From: an uncultured Actinomycetota bacterium
GTDB lineage: Bacteria > Actinomycetota > Actinomycetes > Propionibacteriales > Nocardioidaceae
Length of the DNA: 64,000 nucleotides
Assembly: GCA_963795115.1 (NCBI GenBank)
Contig: CAWCGH010000003.1
Span: 222,950 to 286,949, forward strand
Reading direction: 5' to 3'
The notes under the pieces were generated by a model. It was given only the letters and a program-made list of their open reading frames with translations, was not told where the DNA came from and searched no databases. This document shows positions 9,892-19,821 of the stretch, piece after piece (the stretch's first letter is position 1; the number at the start of each line of letters is the position of its first letter). The position numbers were made by a program, and so were the translations under genes.

Positions 9892-11466
9892 TCAGCCGAC
9901 GCGGTACGACGCCGCATTGCGGCGGTCCTTGAACCGGCCCAGCACGACGACATCGTGCTTGCCGCGCTGGCGACCGACGCCGTAGTCGGCCACGAAGCGG
10001 CCGGCGGCGTTCGCCTTGCCGCGCGCGACCACCACGCCGTCGTCCTTGACGACGACGGGCTCGCGTGCCCACAGGCCGCGCACCACGACGTGCTGCTTCC
10101 CACGAGGCGCGACCGACGACTTCAGGTCGAGGGGCAGCTTCTTCGCGGACAGGACGACCGGGCCGGAGACCCCCGCCGCCTGGTCGACCGCGTCGGCCGT
10201 GATCTGGATACGCCCGGAACGGTCCGGCACCCGGATCCGCACGCGGGCGATGCCGTCGCTGTCGCCGACGACGTGCCGGGAGTTGCGACCCATGCTGACG
10301 CACGCGCCTTCGCCGGGCGCCAGCCCGCGGACGACGACGAGCTGGCGCCCGCCACCGTCGAGGAAGGCCGGGATCCGACCGAGGGCGATCTCGCCCGTCT
10401 CGGACGCGGGCGCGACGGCGAGGGCCGGCAGCGCCTGGATCGTGGCGAAGTCCCACTGGCCGGCCGTTGCGACCTTGATGCCGTTGGCTGCGCCGGCGTT
10501 GTACGCCGCGTTGTCGTAGGCGATCGCGCCGGTCTCCTCGGAAAGCTTGCCCTCGCAGTGGAGCCCGGCCACCTGCCGACCCCGGATCCACGTCGCGGCC
10601 TGCTCGGCCGCCTCGTGCTGACCGATCAGGTCGAGCGCGTGCCCGGCCAGGCCGGTGCTGTTCGTGTTGGGCCCCTCCGTCGCCGTACCACCGTCGAACG
10701 ACCCGTCGGCCGCCTGCTGGTTCAGGATCCACGCGATCGCGTCGGCAACCGCCGCGTCGCGCGCCGCGTCGAGGCTCGGCTCGGCGATGTCGAGGTCCTG
10801 GATCAGGATCACGACCTGTGCCGCGGTGTCGACGGGCGGCTTCGGGGCGCTGCAGGGGGTGCTGAAGTTGAGGTTGAAGAATCCGGCGCCGCACTGGCGG
10901 CCGAGAAGGAACTCGGTCGCGGCAGCTGCCTCGGACGAGCCCGCAAGGGTCAGTCCACGCACCGCCCAGGCCTGGCCGAACACGTTGGAGAAGTCGCCGA
11001 ACGTGCTGACGTCCTCGATCCGGCCGGAGTTCTTGGTCACGCTCTCCAGTTGGGCGACCAGGTCGAGGCCGCCGAACGAGGTCGGGGCGTCGGGCGTGTG
11101 GTCCAGGACGAACGACAACAGCTTGCCGGTCGAGCCGGCGTAGATGTCGGAGCCCGGCGAGGTATACGCCTCGGCATTGTCCTCGAGCGCGTCGGCGATG
11201 GTCGGGATCTCGGGCGAGGCGCCCGCGGCGTCGAGCGCGTACGCCGCTTCGACGGTCGCGCCGAAGTCGTCGAAGTTGAACTGGTCGTTGTGGATCAGGC
11301 CGCCGGTGAGCTCGCTCAGCAGCCAGAGCGCGCCGAGCTGACCCGGACGAGGGTCGGCGTCGTGCGCGTGCGAGGCCGGGGTCGGCCCGGCGAGGACGAG
11401 GCCGGACGCCAGGAGCGAGCCGCCGAGGGCGGCTGCGCCGAACCGGCGAAGAGTAGAGGTGGACAT
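9892..11466 (-). CDS. Secreted alpha6/alpha6-barrel (prenyltransferase/squalene-cyclase repeat-like) protein with C-terminal beta-rich domains
   Basis: Signal peptide; repeats FLLGRQCGAGFF, WILNQQAADGSF, WIRGRQ; NTNSTGLAGHAL; first gene after the riboswitch. Confidence 0.7.
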   Translation of the reverse strand: MSTSTLRRFGAAALGGSLLASGLVLAGPTPASHAHDADPRPGQLGALWLLSELTGGLIHNDQFNFDDFGATVEAAYALDAAGASPEIPTIADALEDNAEAYTSPGSDIYAGSTGKLLSFVLDHTPDAPTSFGGLDLVAQLESVTKNSGRIEDVSTFGDFSNVFGQAWAVRGLTLAGSSEAAAATEFLLGRQCGAGFFNLNFSTPCSAPKPPVDTAAQVVILIQDLDIAEPSLDAARDAAVADAIAWILNQQAADGSFDGGTATEGPNTNSTGLAGHALDLIGQHEAAEQAATWIRGRQVAGLHCEGKLSEETGAIAYDNAAYNAGAANGIKVATAGQWDFATIQALPALAVAPASETGEIALGRIPAFLDGGGRQLVVVRGLAPGEGACVSMGRNSRHVVGDSDGIARVRIRVPDRSGRIQITADAVDQAAGVSGPVVLSAKKLPLDLKSSVAPRGKQHVVVRGLWAREPVVVKDDGVVVARGKANAAGRFVADYGVGRQRGKHDVVVLGRFKDRRNAASYRVG

Positions 11467-11469
11467 GCG

Positions 11470-11498
11470 TTCCTTCCCGCTGCAACAGCGGGAGGGAA
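11470..11498 (-). promoter_or_regulatory. RBS-sequestering hairpin (riboswitch expression platform)
   Basis: ttccctcccgctg-ttg-cagcgggaaggaa on the minus strand; the 3' arm contains GGAAGGA just before ATG 11466. Confidence 0.65.
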
Positions 11499-11556
11499 CC
11501 GGTGGCCGGCCCAACCCGCTGCTCTCCGCGACAGCGTGTTCGTCAGGTAGCGCCGC

Positions 11557-11658
11557 GACAGGTGCTCCGGCTCGCCGCACTCCCGAAAGTGCGGCCCACG
11601 GTTGCGGGTCAGCGCCGGAATCGGACCGGCTTCCCCCGTCACGGGCGTTGTGGATTGT
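11557..11658 (-). ncRNA. Cobalamin riboswitch (short form without the P6 extension)
   Basis: Minus strand reads GGGAAGCCGGT-ccgaTTCCGGC-GCTGACCCGCAACCGTG-[gccgcac/gtgcggc hairpin]-GAGCCGGAGCACC, matching the B12-element core; upstream of an ECF operon. Confidence 0.9.
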
Positions 11659-11664
11659 CTCGGC

Positions 11665-11670
11665 AGCCTA
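11665..11670 (-). promoter_or_regulatory. Putative -10 box (TAGGCT) for the riboswitch operon
   Basis: TANNNT just upstream of the aptamer and just downstream of a GC hairpin (11675-11693) after the gatB stop. Confidence 0.5.
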
Positions 11671-11696
11671 ATCCCGCAGGGGGCGACCCCGCGAAC

Positions 11697-13205
11697 TCAG
11701 GTGAGCTTCTCGAGGATCAGCGCGCGCACCCGACCCGCGTCGGCCTGCCCCCGCATCTCCTTCATGACCGCGCCGATGAGCGCGCCGGCGGCGGCCACCT
11801 TGCCGTCGCGGATCTTGTCGGCCACATCGGGATTGGCGGCGATGGCGTTGTCAACAGCGGCCGACAGGGCGCCGTCGTCGGAGACGATCTCGAGGCCGCG
11901 GGCGGCGACGATCTCCTCGGGAGTGCCCTCGCCGGCGAGCAGGCCGTCGAACACCTGCCGGGCGAGCTTGTCGTTGATCCGGCCGCTGTCCACGAGTGTC
12001 TGGACGGCGGCGACCTGCGCAGGCGTCACGCCCAGCGCATCGATCTCGGTGCCCGTGTCGTTGGCGCGCCGGGCCAGCTCGGAGAGCCACCACTTCTTCG
12101 CCGCCTGCGGAGCGGTCCCAGCCTTGATGGTTTCCCTCACCACGGCTAGCGCGCCAGCGCCGACGACATCTCGCATCTCGAGGTCGGAGAAGCCCCAGTC
12201 GGCCTGCAGTCGGGCCCGCATCGCCGTGGGGTTCTCGGGCAACGTGCCGCGCAGCTCCTCGACCCACTCCCGCGACGGGGCGACGGGCACCAGGTCCGGC
12301 TCCGGGAAGTAGCGGTAGTCCTCGGCGTCGGACTTCTCGCGACCCGACGTCGTGACGCCGGTGTCCTCGTGCCAGTGCCGGGTCTCCTGCAGGATCCGCT
12401 CCCCCGCGTCGAGGATCGCGGCGTGCCGCGACATCTCGTAGCGGACGGCGCGCTCGACCGAGCGCAGCGAGTTGACGTTCTTGGTCTCGGTGCGGGTGCC
12501 AAGGACGTCGGAGCCCGACGGAGCGAGCGAAAGGTTGACGTCGGCGCGGATCGAGCCCTGCTCCATCCGGGCGTCCGACACCCCGAGCGCGACAATCAGG
12601 TCGCGGAGCTGGGCGACGTACGCGCGTGCGACGTCAGGCGCCTTCGCGCCGGCACCGGTGATCGGCTTGGTGACGATCTCGATGAGGGGGATGCCGGCCC
12701 GGTTGTAGTCGACCAGCGAGTAGTCCGCACCGTGGATCCGGCCCGTCGCGCCACCCACGTGGAGAGACTTGCCGGTGTCCTCCTCCATGTGGGCGCGCTC
12801 GATCTCGACGCGGAACGTCTCGCCATCGCCATCTTCCGTCGGCACCGTGACGTCCATGTAGCCCTCGAAGCAGATCGGCTCGTCGTACTGCGACGTCTGG
12901 AAGTTCTTCGGCATGTCCGGGTAGAAGTAGTTCTTCCGCGCGAACCGGCACCACTCGGCGATCTCGCAGTTCAGCGCCAGCCCGATCCGGATCGCCGACT
13001 CGACCGCCTTGCCGTTGACGACCGGCATCGAGCCGGGCAGGCCGAGGCAGGTCGGGCAGACCTGGGTGTTCGGCTCGGCACCGAATTCCGTCGGGCAGCC
13101 GCAGAACATCTTGGTGACGGTGTTGAGCTCGACGTGGACCTCGAGGCCCAGCGCCGGGTCGTACGACGCCAGCACGTCGTCGAAGGCCACCAGCGTGTCA
13201 GTCAT
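11697..13205 (-). CDS. gatB: Asp-tRNA(Asn)/Glu-tRNA(Gln) amidotransferase subunit B
   Basis: [35 protein letters not shown]; ATGA overlap with gatA. Confidence 0.97.
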   Translation of the reverse strand: MTDTLVAFDDVLASYDPALGLEVHVELNTVTKMFCGCPTEFGAEPNTQVCPTCLGLPGSMPVVNGKAVESAIRIGLALNCEIAEWCRFARKNYFYPDMPKNFQTSQYDEPICFEGYMDVTVPTEDGDGETFRVEIERAHMEEDTGKSLHVGGATGRIHGADYSLVDYNRAGIPLIEIVTKPITGAGAKAPDVARAYVAQLRDLIVALGVSDARMEQGSIRADVNLSLAPSGSDVLGTRTETKNVNSLRSVERAVRYEMSRHAAILDAGERILQETRHWHEDTGVTTSGREKSDAEDYRYFPEPDLVPVAPSREWVEELRGTLPENPTAMRARLQADWGFSDLEMRDVVGAGALAVVRETIKAGTAPQAAKKWWLSELARRANDTGTEIDALGVTPAQVAAVQTLVDSGRINDKLARQVFDGLLAGEGTPEEIVAARGLEIVSDDGALSAAVDNAIAANPDVADKIRDGKVAAAGALIGAVMKEMRGQADAGRVRALILEKLT

Positions 13206-14725
13206 TTCCCCTCCAGGTCCGGCGCGCGGTCGAGCAACGGCCCGCCCCATTCGGCGGCCAGGAGCGCCTCGAGCGCGGCCCCGACCCGGTAGCAGCGGTC
13301 GTCGGCCAGCGCCGGCGCGAGGATCTGGAAGCCGACCGGCAACCCGTCCTCCTCGGCGAGCCCGGCCGGCACCGAGATGCCCGGCGTCCCGGCGAGGTTG
13401 GCGGGGATGGTGGCGAGGTCGTTGAGGTACATCGCCAGCGGGTCGTCGAGCTTCTCGCCCAGCTCGAAGGCCGTCGTCGGCGCGGTCGGCGACACCAGGA
13501 CGTCGACCCGCTCGAACGCGGCCTCGAAGTCGCGGCTGATCAGCGTTCGCACCTTCTGCGCCTGCCCGTAATAGGCGTCGTAGTAGCCGCTGGAGAGTGC
13601 GTAGGTGCCGAGGATGATCCGGCGCTTCACCTCCTCGCCGAAGCCGGCGTCGCGGGACGCCTTCATGACGTCCTCAGCACTGGGGTTGCCATCGGGGACG
13701 ACCCGCAGGCCGTAGCGCATCGCGTCGAACTTGGCGAGGTTGGACGAGCACTCCGCCGGCAGGATCAGGTAGTAGGTCGCGAGCGCGTGCACGAAGTTCG
13801 GGCACGACACCTCGACCACCTCGGCGCCGGCCTTGACCAGCAGGTCGACCGACTCCTGGAAGCGCGCCATCACGCCGGGCTGCCAGCCGTCGCCCGACAT
13901 CTCGGTGACGACGCCGATCCGGACGCCGGACAGGTCGCCGGACGCCCCCTGGCGGGCGGCGTCGACCAGAGACGGGAGCGGCTGGTCGACCGAGGTCGAG
14001 TCGAGCGGGTCGTGCCCGCCGATCAGCTCCTGCAGCAACGCGGCGTCGAGCACGGTCCGGGTGACCGGCCCCGCCTGGTCGAGGCTGTTGGCGAGCGCGA
14101 TCAGGCCGTAGCGCGACACGGCGCCGTACGTCGGTTTCACGCCGACGGTGCCCGTCACCGCACCCGGCTGCCGGATCGAGCCGCCGGTGTCGGTGCCGAG
14201 GGCGAACGGGGCCTCGAAGGACGCCACCGCCGCCGCCGACCCGCCGCCGGAGCCGCCGGGGATCCGGGTCTGGTCCCACGGGTTGCGGGTGGGTCCGTAC
14301 GCCGAGTGCTCGGTCGAGCTGCCCATGGCGAACTCATCCATGTTGGTCTTGCCGAGGATCGGGAGGCCGGCGGCCTTGAGCTTGCGCACCACGGTCGCGT
14401 CGTACGGCGGGATCCAGCCCTCGAGGATCTTGGACCCACAGGTCGTCGGCAGCCCCTCGGTCGCGAGCACGTCCTTGACGGCGATCGGCACGCCGTCGAG
14501 CGGGTGCAGCGGGGTGCCGGCGGCGCGGCGCTCGTCGGAGGCAGCCGCCTGCGCGAGGGCACCCTCGACGTCGACGTGGAGGAAGGCGTGAATCCCGGCG
14601 CTCGCGTCGCCGTCGACGGCAGCGATCCGGTCCAGGTGGGACTGGGTCAGCTCGACCGACGTCACTCCGCCCGCGGCGAGCGCGTCGGTCAGCTCCGCCG
14701 CGGTCTTCCGGGTCCAGTCGGTCAC
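13202..14725 (-). CDS. gatA: Amidotransferase subunit A
   Basis: Amidase signature [11 protein letters not shown]...DTGGSIRQP; [12 protein letters not shown]. Confidence 0.97.
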   Translation of the reverse strand: MTDWTRKTAAELTDALAAGGVTSVELTQSHLDRIAAVDGDASAGIHAFLHVDVEGALAQAAASDERRAAGTPLHPLDGVPIAVKDVLATEGLPTTCGSKILEGWIPPYDATVVRKLKAAGLPILGKTNMDEFAMGSSTEHSAYGPTRNPWDQTRIPGGSGGGSAAAVASFEAPFALGTDTGGSIRQPGAVTGTVGVKPTYGAVSRYGLIALANSLDQAGPVTRTVLDAALLQELIGGHDPLDSTSVDQPLPSLVDAARQGASGDLSGVRIGVVTEMSGDGWQPGVMARFQESVDLLVKAGAEVVEVSCPNFVHALATYYLILPAECSSNLAKFDAMRYGLRVVPDGNPSAEDVMKASRDAGFGEEVKRRIILGTYALSSGYYDAYYGQAQKVRTLISRDFEAAFERVDVLVSPTAPTTAFELGEKLDDPLAMYLNDLATIPANLAGTPGISVPAGLAEEDGLPVGFQILAPALADDRCYRVGAALEALLAAEWGGPLLDRAPDLEGK

Positions 14726-15021
14726 TGCTCGTCCCCCAGGATCCGCGGCACCGAGAACCGGCCACCTTCGCTCGCCGGCGCTCCGGACAGCGCCTGCTCG
14801 GCGGTCAGGGACGGCACCACGACGTCGTCACGGAAGACGTTGGTGAGCGGGATCGGGTGCGACGTCGGAGGGATGTCATCCCCCGCGACCCCGCGGATGG
14901 ACGCGACCGACTCGAGGATCACGGCGAGCTGGGGGGCCAGGTGGTCCAGCTCGGCGTCGTCGAGGTCGATCCGGGCGAGGTCGGCCAGGTGGGCCACCTC
15001 GTCACGGGAGATCTCAGGCAT
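14722..15021 (-). CDS. gatC: Amidotransferase subunit C
   Basis: [18 protein letters not shown]...NVFRDD...F.VPRIL; TAGACT 7 nt upstream (leaderless). Confidence 0.95.
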   Translation of the reverse strand: MPEISRDEVAHLADLARIDLDDAELDHLAPQLAVILESVASIRGVAGDDIPPTSHPIPLTNVFRDDVVVPSLTAEQALSGAPASEGGRFSVPRILGDEQ

Positions 15022-15050
15022 GGGCGCCAGTCTAGGGATGGGGTCTGATC

Positions 15051-15282
15051 GTGGTGGTGATGATCCTGATGCTCGGTCAGCCCGGGTCGCGTTCGCGATG
15101 GCGCGGGACGGCGTACAACCGCCCGCCCTGGCCAACGTGCACCCGACCTTCTGCACGCCGTGGGTGATCACGGCGATCACCGGTGTCGCGGTCGCGACCA
15201 TCGGCGGTCTGGTTGATCTCGAGACGCTGGTCCACCCGGTCTCAGCATCGGCACGCTGTTCGCGTTCGTCCTCGTCAGCCTC
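15051..15282 (+). pseudogene. Internal fragment of an APC-family amino-acid permease
   Basis: With two frameshifts reads [37 protein letters not shown]...[17 protein letters not shown]; no start or end. Confidence 0.75.
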
Positions 15283-15541
15283 GTTCGACGGCCGCACGCA
15301 CAGCCGCCTCGCGCGCCCGGTGTCGGAATACGAAACGCAACCGGTCGAGTAGTGCCGCAGAGTTAAACGACGGTCACATTCCCATAACGAAGGCCGCCCG
15401 GGGGGCCAGCCTTCTTCCCGGGTGACCGCCGTCACGGCGAAGATCTTGTGGCTGGTCCCGAAACGGGACCGCTGTCCATCACTCGGGGAGGACACTGGTG
15501 ATCCCGTTTGTCCTGTCCCTACTCGGAAGACAGGATCGACA

Positions 15542-17992
15542 ATGAAGTTGTCATCTCCATCTCGGCGCAGGGCGTGGGCCCTGGTCGCGTCGGCAGGCCT
15601 CCTGACCGGCGGCCTCATCGCGACCGGCCCGGCCACGGCTGAACCCGTCGACGACACCACGTCGCAGGGCCGCGGCGCCAAGGTCGTGGACACCGGCCAC
15701 GAGCCGAAGCACCCGCTGAAGATCAAGGCGAAGCGCGACGCCCAGCGCCAGGCAGCGCTCGAGGCGAAGCTCACGGGCAAGAAGGTCAAGAACAAGGGCA
15801 AGGGCCAGGAGGTGCCGCTCGAGCTCGAGGGCACCGACAAGATCTTTGTCGTGCTCGCCGAGTTCGGCGACCTCCGCTACGAGACGGCGACCGACAAGCG
15901 GTTCACCGACACCCCGCCGTTCACGCTGCCGAACCCGCAGCCGCAGCGCTACGACGGTCCCCTGCACAACCAGATCCCGGAGCCCGACCGCACGGTCGAC
16001 AACACGACCCTGTGGCAGCCGGACTTCGACCGTGCCCACTTCGAGGACATGTACTTCAACCGGATGAAGGAGTACTACGAGGAGCAGTCGTCCGGCCGGT
16101 ACTCCGTCGACGGTGACGTCACCGAATGGGTCAAGGTGCCCTACAACCAGGCCCTGTACGGGCGTGGCTACTGCGGAACCCCGCCGGGCGCACCCGTCAC
16201 GACCTGCGCCTCCACCAAGGCGCTCGTGCGCGACGCACTGGCGCTCTGGGTCAAGACGCAGCTCGACAGCGGCCAGACGATGACCCAGATCCGCGACTAC
16301 CTGAAGACGTTCGACGTCCAGGACCGCTACGACGTCGACCTGGACGGCAACTTCGACGAGCCCGACGGCTTCATCGACCACTTCCAGATCGTCCATGCGG
16401 GCGGCGACGAAGCGGCCGGCGACCCGACCTACGGGTCGGACGCCATCTGGAGCCACCGCTGGTACAGCAACCTCCAGGGCGGAGGCCCCGGTGGCCTGAC
16501 CGGTGTGAACATCGGCTCCAACGGCGGTGCGTTCGGACTGGGCAGCAACCCGGCCAACCCGGTCCCGAACAACCCGACCGGTGTGTGGGTCGGCGACTAC
16601 ACCATCCAGCCCGAGAACGGCGGACTCGGCGTCTTCGCGCACGAGTTCGGCCACGACCTCGGCCTGCCCGACCTCTACGACACGTCCGGAAACACCGGCG
16701 GTGCCGAGAACTCGACCGGCTTCTGGACGCTGATGTCCAGCGGCGCCAACATCGGTGACGGCGGACCCGACGGCATCGGCGACGCTCCGACCGACCTCGG
16801 CGCCTGGGAGCTGTTCCAGCTCGGTTGGCTGAACGCTCAGGGCGCCAACGGTCCGTTCTACGACGTCGCGTTCGCAGGCGAGGCGTCGCAGCACACGCTG
16901 TCGGACAACGCACCGGCGATGAACAACGGGGCGCAGGCCCTGTTCACCGTGCTGCCGGACAAGGAGGTGCCGACGACCATCGGCACGCCGTACGCCGGCA
17001 CGCAGATGTTCTGGTCGACCCAGGGCGACGATCTCAACACCTCCATGACCAAGACCGGCATCAGCGGCACGGCCCTGACCGCGCAGGTCAACTACGAGAT
17101 CGAGGACGACTGGGACTACGCCTTCCTGGAGGCCTCGACGGACGGCGGAACCAGCTGGACGCCGGTCGTCACCAACCTCTCCGACACCGCGCGTGACGGC
17201 CAGAGCGGGTTCAACACCAGCCGGACCGGGTTGACCGGCAACTCGGGCGGCTGGTCTGCCCTGACCGCAACGCTGCCGGCGGGCACCAATGCGGTCCGGT
17301 TCCGCTACCAGACGGATGGCGCCGTCGCCGAGCAGGGTCTACGGGTCGACAACATCGCCGTCGACGGCACGATCATCGGCAATGCCGAGTCGGACGAGGG
17401 CTGGACGTTCAACGGGTTCAAGCGCACGACCGGCACCGAGGTGACGACGTACTTCAACGCCTACGTGGCGGAGAACCGGCAGTACGACGGCTACGACACC
17501 TCGTTGAAGACCGCCTACAACTTCGGGTTCCTGAACACCCGGCCTGACTGGGTCGAGTCGTACAAGTACCAGGACGGCCTGCTCATCTCCTACTGGGACA
17601 ACTCGTACGCGGACAACAACGTGGGTGACCATCCCGGCCACGGCCTGATCCTGCCGGTGGACGCCCACCCGGAGTTCAACCACTGGCCGGACGGGACGCT
17701 GATGCGTCCGCGCATCCTGACTGCCGACTCGACCTTCGGCCTCAAGGCGACCGACCCGATCAACCTCCACCTCAACGGTGTCTCCGGGAAGATCGGCAAG
17801 AAGCCGGCGGTCCGGACGTTCGACGACACGCTGTCGTGGTGGTCGGGAACCGACGGTCACGAGGTCGGCGGAACCCACCCCGGCCGCTACCAGGCCGGCT
17901 GGTACGGCGTCGACGTGCCGAACACCGGCACGACGATCCGGGTCGTCTCCGACAAGAAGGGCATCGTGACGGTGGCGGTCGCACCGAAGTGA
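15542..17992 (+). CDS. Immune inhibitor A-like secreted metalloprotease (M6 family)
   Basis: Signal peptide; [14 protein letters not shown] zinc motif; [13 protein letters not shown]; WTLMSSG. Confidence 0.92.
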   Translation: MKLSSPSRRRAWALVASAGLLTGGLIATGPATAEPVDDTTSQGRGAKVVDTGHEPKHPLKIKAKRDAQRQAALEAKLTGKKVKNKGKGQEVPLELEGTDKIFVVLAEFGDLRYETATDKRFTDTPPFTLPNPQPQRYDGPLHNQIPEPDRTVDNTTLWQPDFDRAHFEDMYFNRMKEYYEEQSSGRYSVDGDVTEWVKVPYNQALYGRGYCGTPPGAPVTTCASTKALVRDALALWVKTQLDSGQTMTQIRDYLKTFDVQDRYDVDLDGNFDEPDGFIDHFQIVHAGGDEAAGDPTYGSDAIWSHRWYSNLQGGGPGGLTGVNIGSNGGAFGLGSNPANPVPNNPTGVWVGDYTIQPENGGLGVFAHEFGHDLGLPDLYDTSGNTGGAENSTGFWTLMSSGANIGDGGPDGIGDAPTDLGAWELFQLGWLNAQGANGPFYDVAFAGEASQHTLSDNAPAMNNGAQALFTVLPDKEVPTTIGTPYAGTQMFWSTQGDDLNTSMTKTGISGTALTAQVNYEIEDDWDYAFLEASTDGGTSWTPVVTNLSDTARDGQSGFNTSRTGLTGNSGGWSALTATLPAGTNAVRFRYQTDGAVAEQGLRVDNIAVDGTIIGNAESDEGWTFNGFKRTTGTEVTTYFNAYVAENRQYDGYDTSLKTAYNFGFLNTRPDWVESYKYQDGLLISYWDNSYADNNVGDHPGHGLILPVDAHPEFNHWPDGTLMRPRILTADSTFGLKATDPINLHLNGVSGKIGKKPAVRTFDDTLSWWSGTDGHEVGGTHPGRYQAGWYGVDVPNTGTTIRVVSDKKGIVTVAVAPK

Positions 17993-18022
17993 CGCGCGGC
18001 TGACTGCACCAGCCGGACCCTC

Positions 18023-18065
18023 GAGGTGGAGGGGATCCTTGGACGACAAGGATCCCCTCCACCTC
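18023..18065 (+). terminator. Intrinsic terminator hairpin
   Basis: Perfect 18-bp stem gaggtggaggggatcctt / aaggatcccctccacctc, 7-nt loop, followed by cgtgctttt. Confidence 0.85.
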
Positions 18066-18188
18066 CGTGCTTTTGCCGACCCGCACGGCGCCGTCCGGGC
18101 GAGGCACCTCGCGGATGCGCCCAACCTCTTTCGCACCCCGCGGCATCTGTCAGGGTGACCGACAACGGGGCGACGAGAGAGTGATCGA

Positions 18189-18713
18189 ATGACGCGACCA
18201 CCGACCGATGAGGAGTTCGCCGAGCTCGTGCATGCGTGCTGGGCGAGCCTCTACCGCACGGCGTACCTGATGCTCGGCGACCCCGCCGACGCGGAGGACC
18301 TCGTCCAGACGGCGCTGGCCAAGACCTACGCGAACTGGCGCAAGGTGCGCAACATCGAGGCAGCGCCAGGCTACGCACGGACCACGCTGGTCAACACTGC
18401 GGCCTCCTGGTTCCGCAAGAAGGGCTGGCGCAACGAGCGTCCGACCGAGGTGCTGCCCGAGTCGGCGCACGCCTCCCGGCTCGAGACCGACCTCAGCGAC
18501 CGGCACACGGTGATCGACGCGCTCGGCACCCTTCCCCCGCGGCAGCGGGCGGTCGTCGTACTCCGTTACTACGAGGACCTCAGCGTCGCCCAGGTCGCCC
18601 ACGCCCTCGGCATCACGGAAGGCACCGTGAAGTCCCAGACCTCCGAAGCGCTGTCCAAGCTTCGTGCGCTGCTCGGTGACAGCGTCATCCCGGCAGGAGC
18701 GAACAATGACTGA
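18189..18713 (+). CDS. ECF sigma factor (actinobacterial SigE-like)
   Basis: DAEDLVQTALAK region 2; LPPRQRAVVVLRYYEDLS...GTVKSQ region 4. Confidence 0.92.
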   Translation: MTRPPTDEEFAELVHACWASLYRTAYLMLGDPADAEDLVQTALAKTYANWRKVRNIEAAPGYARTTLVNTAASWFRKKGWRNERPTEVLPESAHASRLETDLSDRHTVIDALGTLPPRQRAVVVLRYYEDLSVAQVAHALGITEGTVKSQTSEALSKLRALLGDSVIPAGANND

Positions 18714-19815
18714 ACGACTCAAGCAGCTTCTCGACGGCGAGGCCCACGACCTCTCCGTCCCCCCTCCGGCCGCCAACGCGGTCATCCGTCAGGGCCGTGG
18801 CCTGCGCCGCCGCAACCGGGTGACCGTGGCCGCGGGTGCCGTCGCCGCCGCGGTCGTCGTCGGTGGCTCGGTCGTCGCCCTCACCGGAGGCGACTCCTCC
18901 CCGCGGGATGCCTCCGACACGGCCGCGACGACCGTCAGCGGAAATTCGGTCTTCTCCTACGACAACCACGTGTTCTACGACGGTCCGGACCACGAGGCCC
19001 AGATCGAAGACAAGTCGGTGAAGTCGCTGTATTACACGTCGGCCGGAGTCCTCGTGCGCCACGGCAACAACCCCTACAGCGACGGCGGCGGACCGCAGCG
19101 GTTCTCGCTGATCACGCCCGAGGGTGACGTGCAACGGCTCGGCCTCGAGACGGAGGAGACGGTTCACGCGAGCGACGTCGACCAGCCGTACGTCACGTAC
19201 GCCGAGGCCGTCGACGGGGAGCTCCAGGTCGTCGTCTACGACGTCAGGGCAGACGCCGAGGCCGCACGGGTCACCGTCGGGCCCACCGGCGAGACCTGGT
19301 TCCCGGTGTCGATCGACGGGGACATGGTGTACGTCGAGGACCGATCCGCCGACGAGACCTTCGACGTTGACTGGCAGGCCGGGACTGCGGAGCCGTCCGA
19401 CGCTCCGAGCGCCTTGAACGTCGTCAACGGGCGGGTCGCCACCGAGGTCGATGATCAGCCGGCCGTCGTCGACGTCGCGACCGGCGACGTGATCTTCACC
19501 GTCGACGAAGACGGGTACTTCAACCTCTCCCCCGACGGCCAGTACGCCGAGCTCTTCAACGACGAGGATCTGGCTTCCGGGGACGAGTCGGAGTTCAAGG
19601 TGTACGACGTCGACGCAGGCTCGTCCGTCTCCTACCCCGGTCCGGCGTACGACTGGGGTTGGACCGCCGACGGCGATCGGTTCCACGTGGGCGAGGGTCA
19701 AGTCCGCACCTGCGACTCGACGACGGGCGAGTGCCGAGTGGAGTCCTACGAGATGCCCGCTGACGTCAGCAAGCAGCCCGAGCTCAAGCTCGGCGGCCGG
19801 ACCTACGAGTCCTGA
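18706..19815 (+). CDS. Putative membrane anti-sigma factor with extracytoplasmic domain
   Basis: Overlaps the sigma stop; short cytoplasmic N-terminus ending RRRNR, one TM helix, large acidic C-terminal domain. Confidence 0.65.
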   Translation: MTERLKQLLDGEAHDLSVPPPAANAVIRQGRGLRRRNRVTVAAGAVAAAVVVGGSVVALTGGDSSPRDASDTAATTVSGNSVFSYDNHVFYDGPDHEAQIEDKSVKSLYYTSAGVLVRHGNNPYSDGGGPQRFSLITPEGDVQRLGLETEETVHASDVDQPYVTYAEAVDGELQVVVYDVRADAEAARVTVGPTGETWFPVSIDGDMVYVEDRSADETFDVDWQAGTAEPSDAPSALNVVNGRVATEVDDQPAVVDVATGDVIFTVDEDGYFNLSPDGQYAELFNDEDLASGDESEFKVYDVDAGSSVSYPGPAYDWGWTADGDRFHVGEGQVRTCDSTTGECRVESYEMPADVSKQPELKLGGRTYES

Positions 19816-19821
19816 CCGACC

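Noticed and set aside
9892-11466. Terpene/squalene cyclase as part of a biosynthetic cluster
   Set aside because: Has a signal peptide, no DxDD motif seen, and the context is B12 transport
15300-15541. Known riboswitch (e.g. c-di-AMP/ydaO) before the M6 protease
   Set aside because: Hairpins are present but I could not match conserved aptamer motifs
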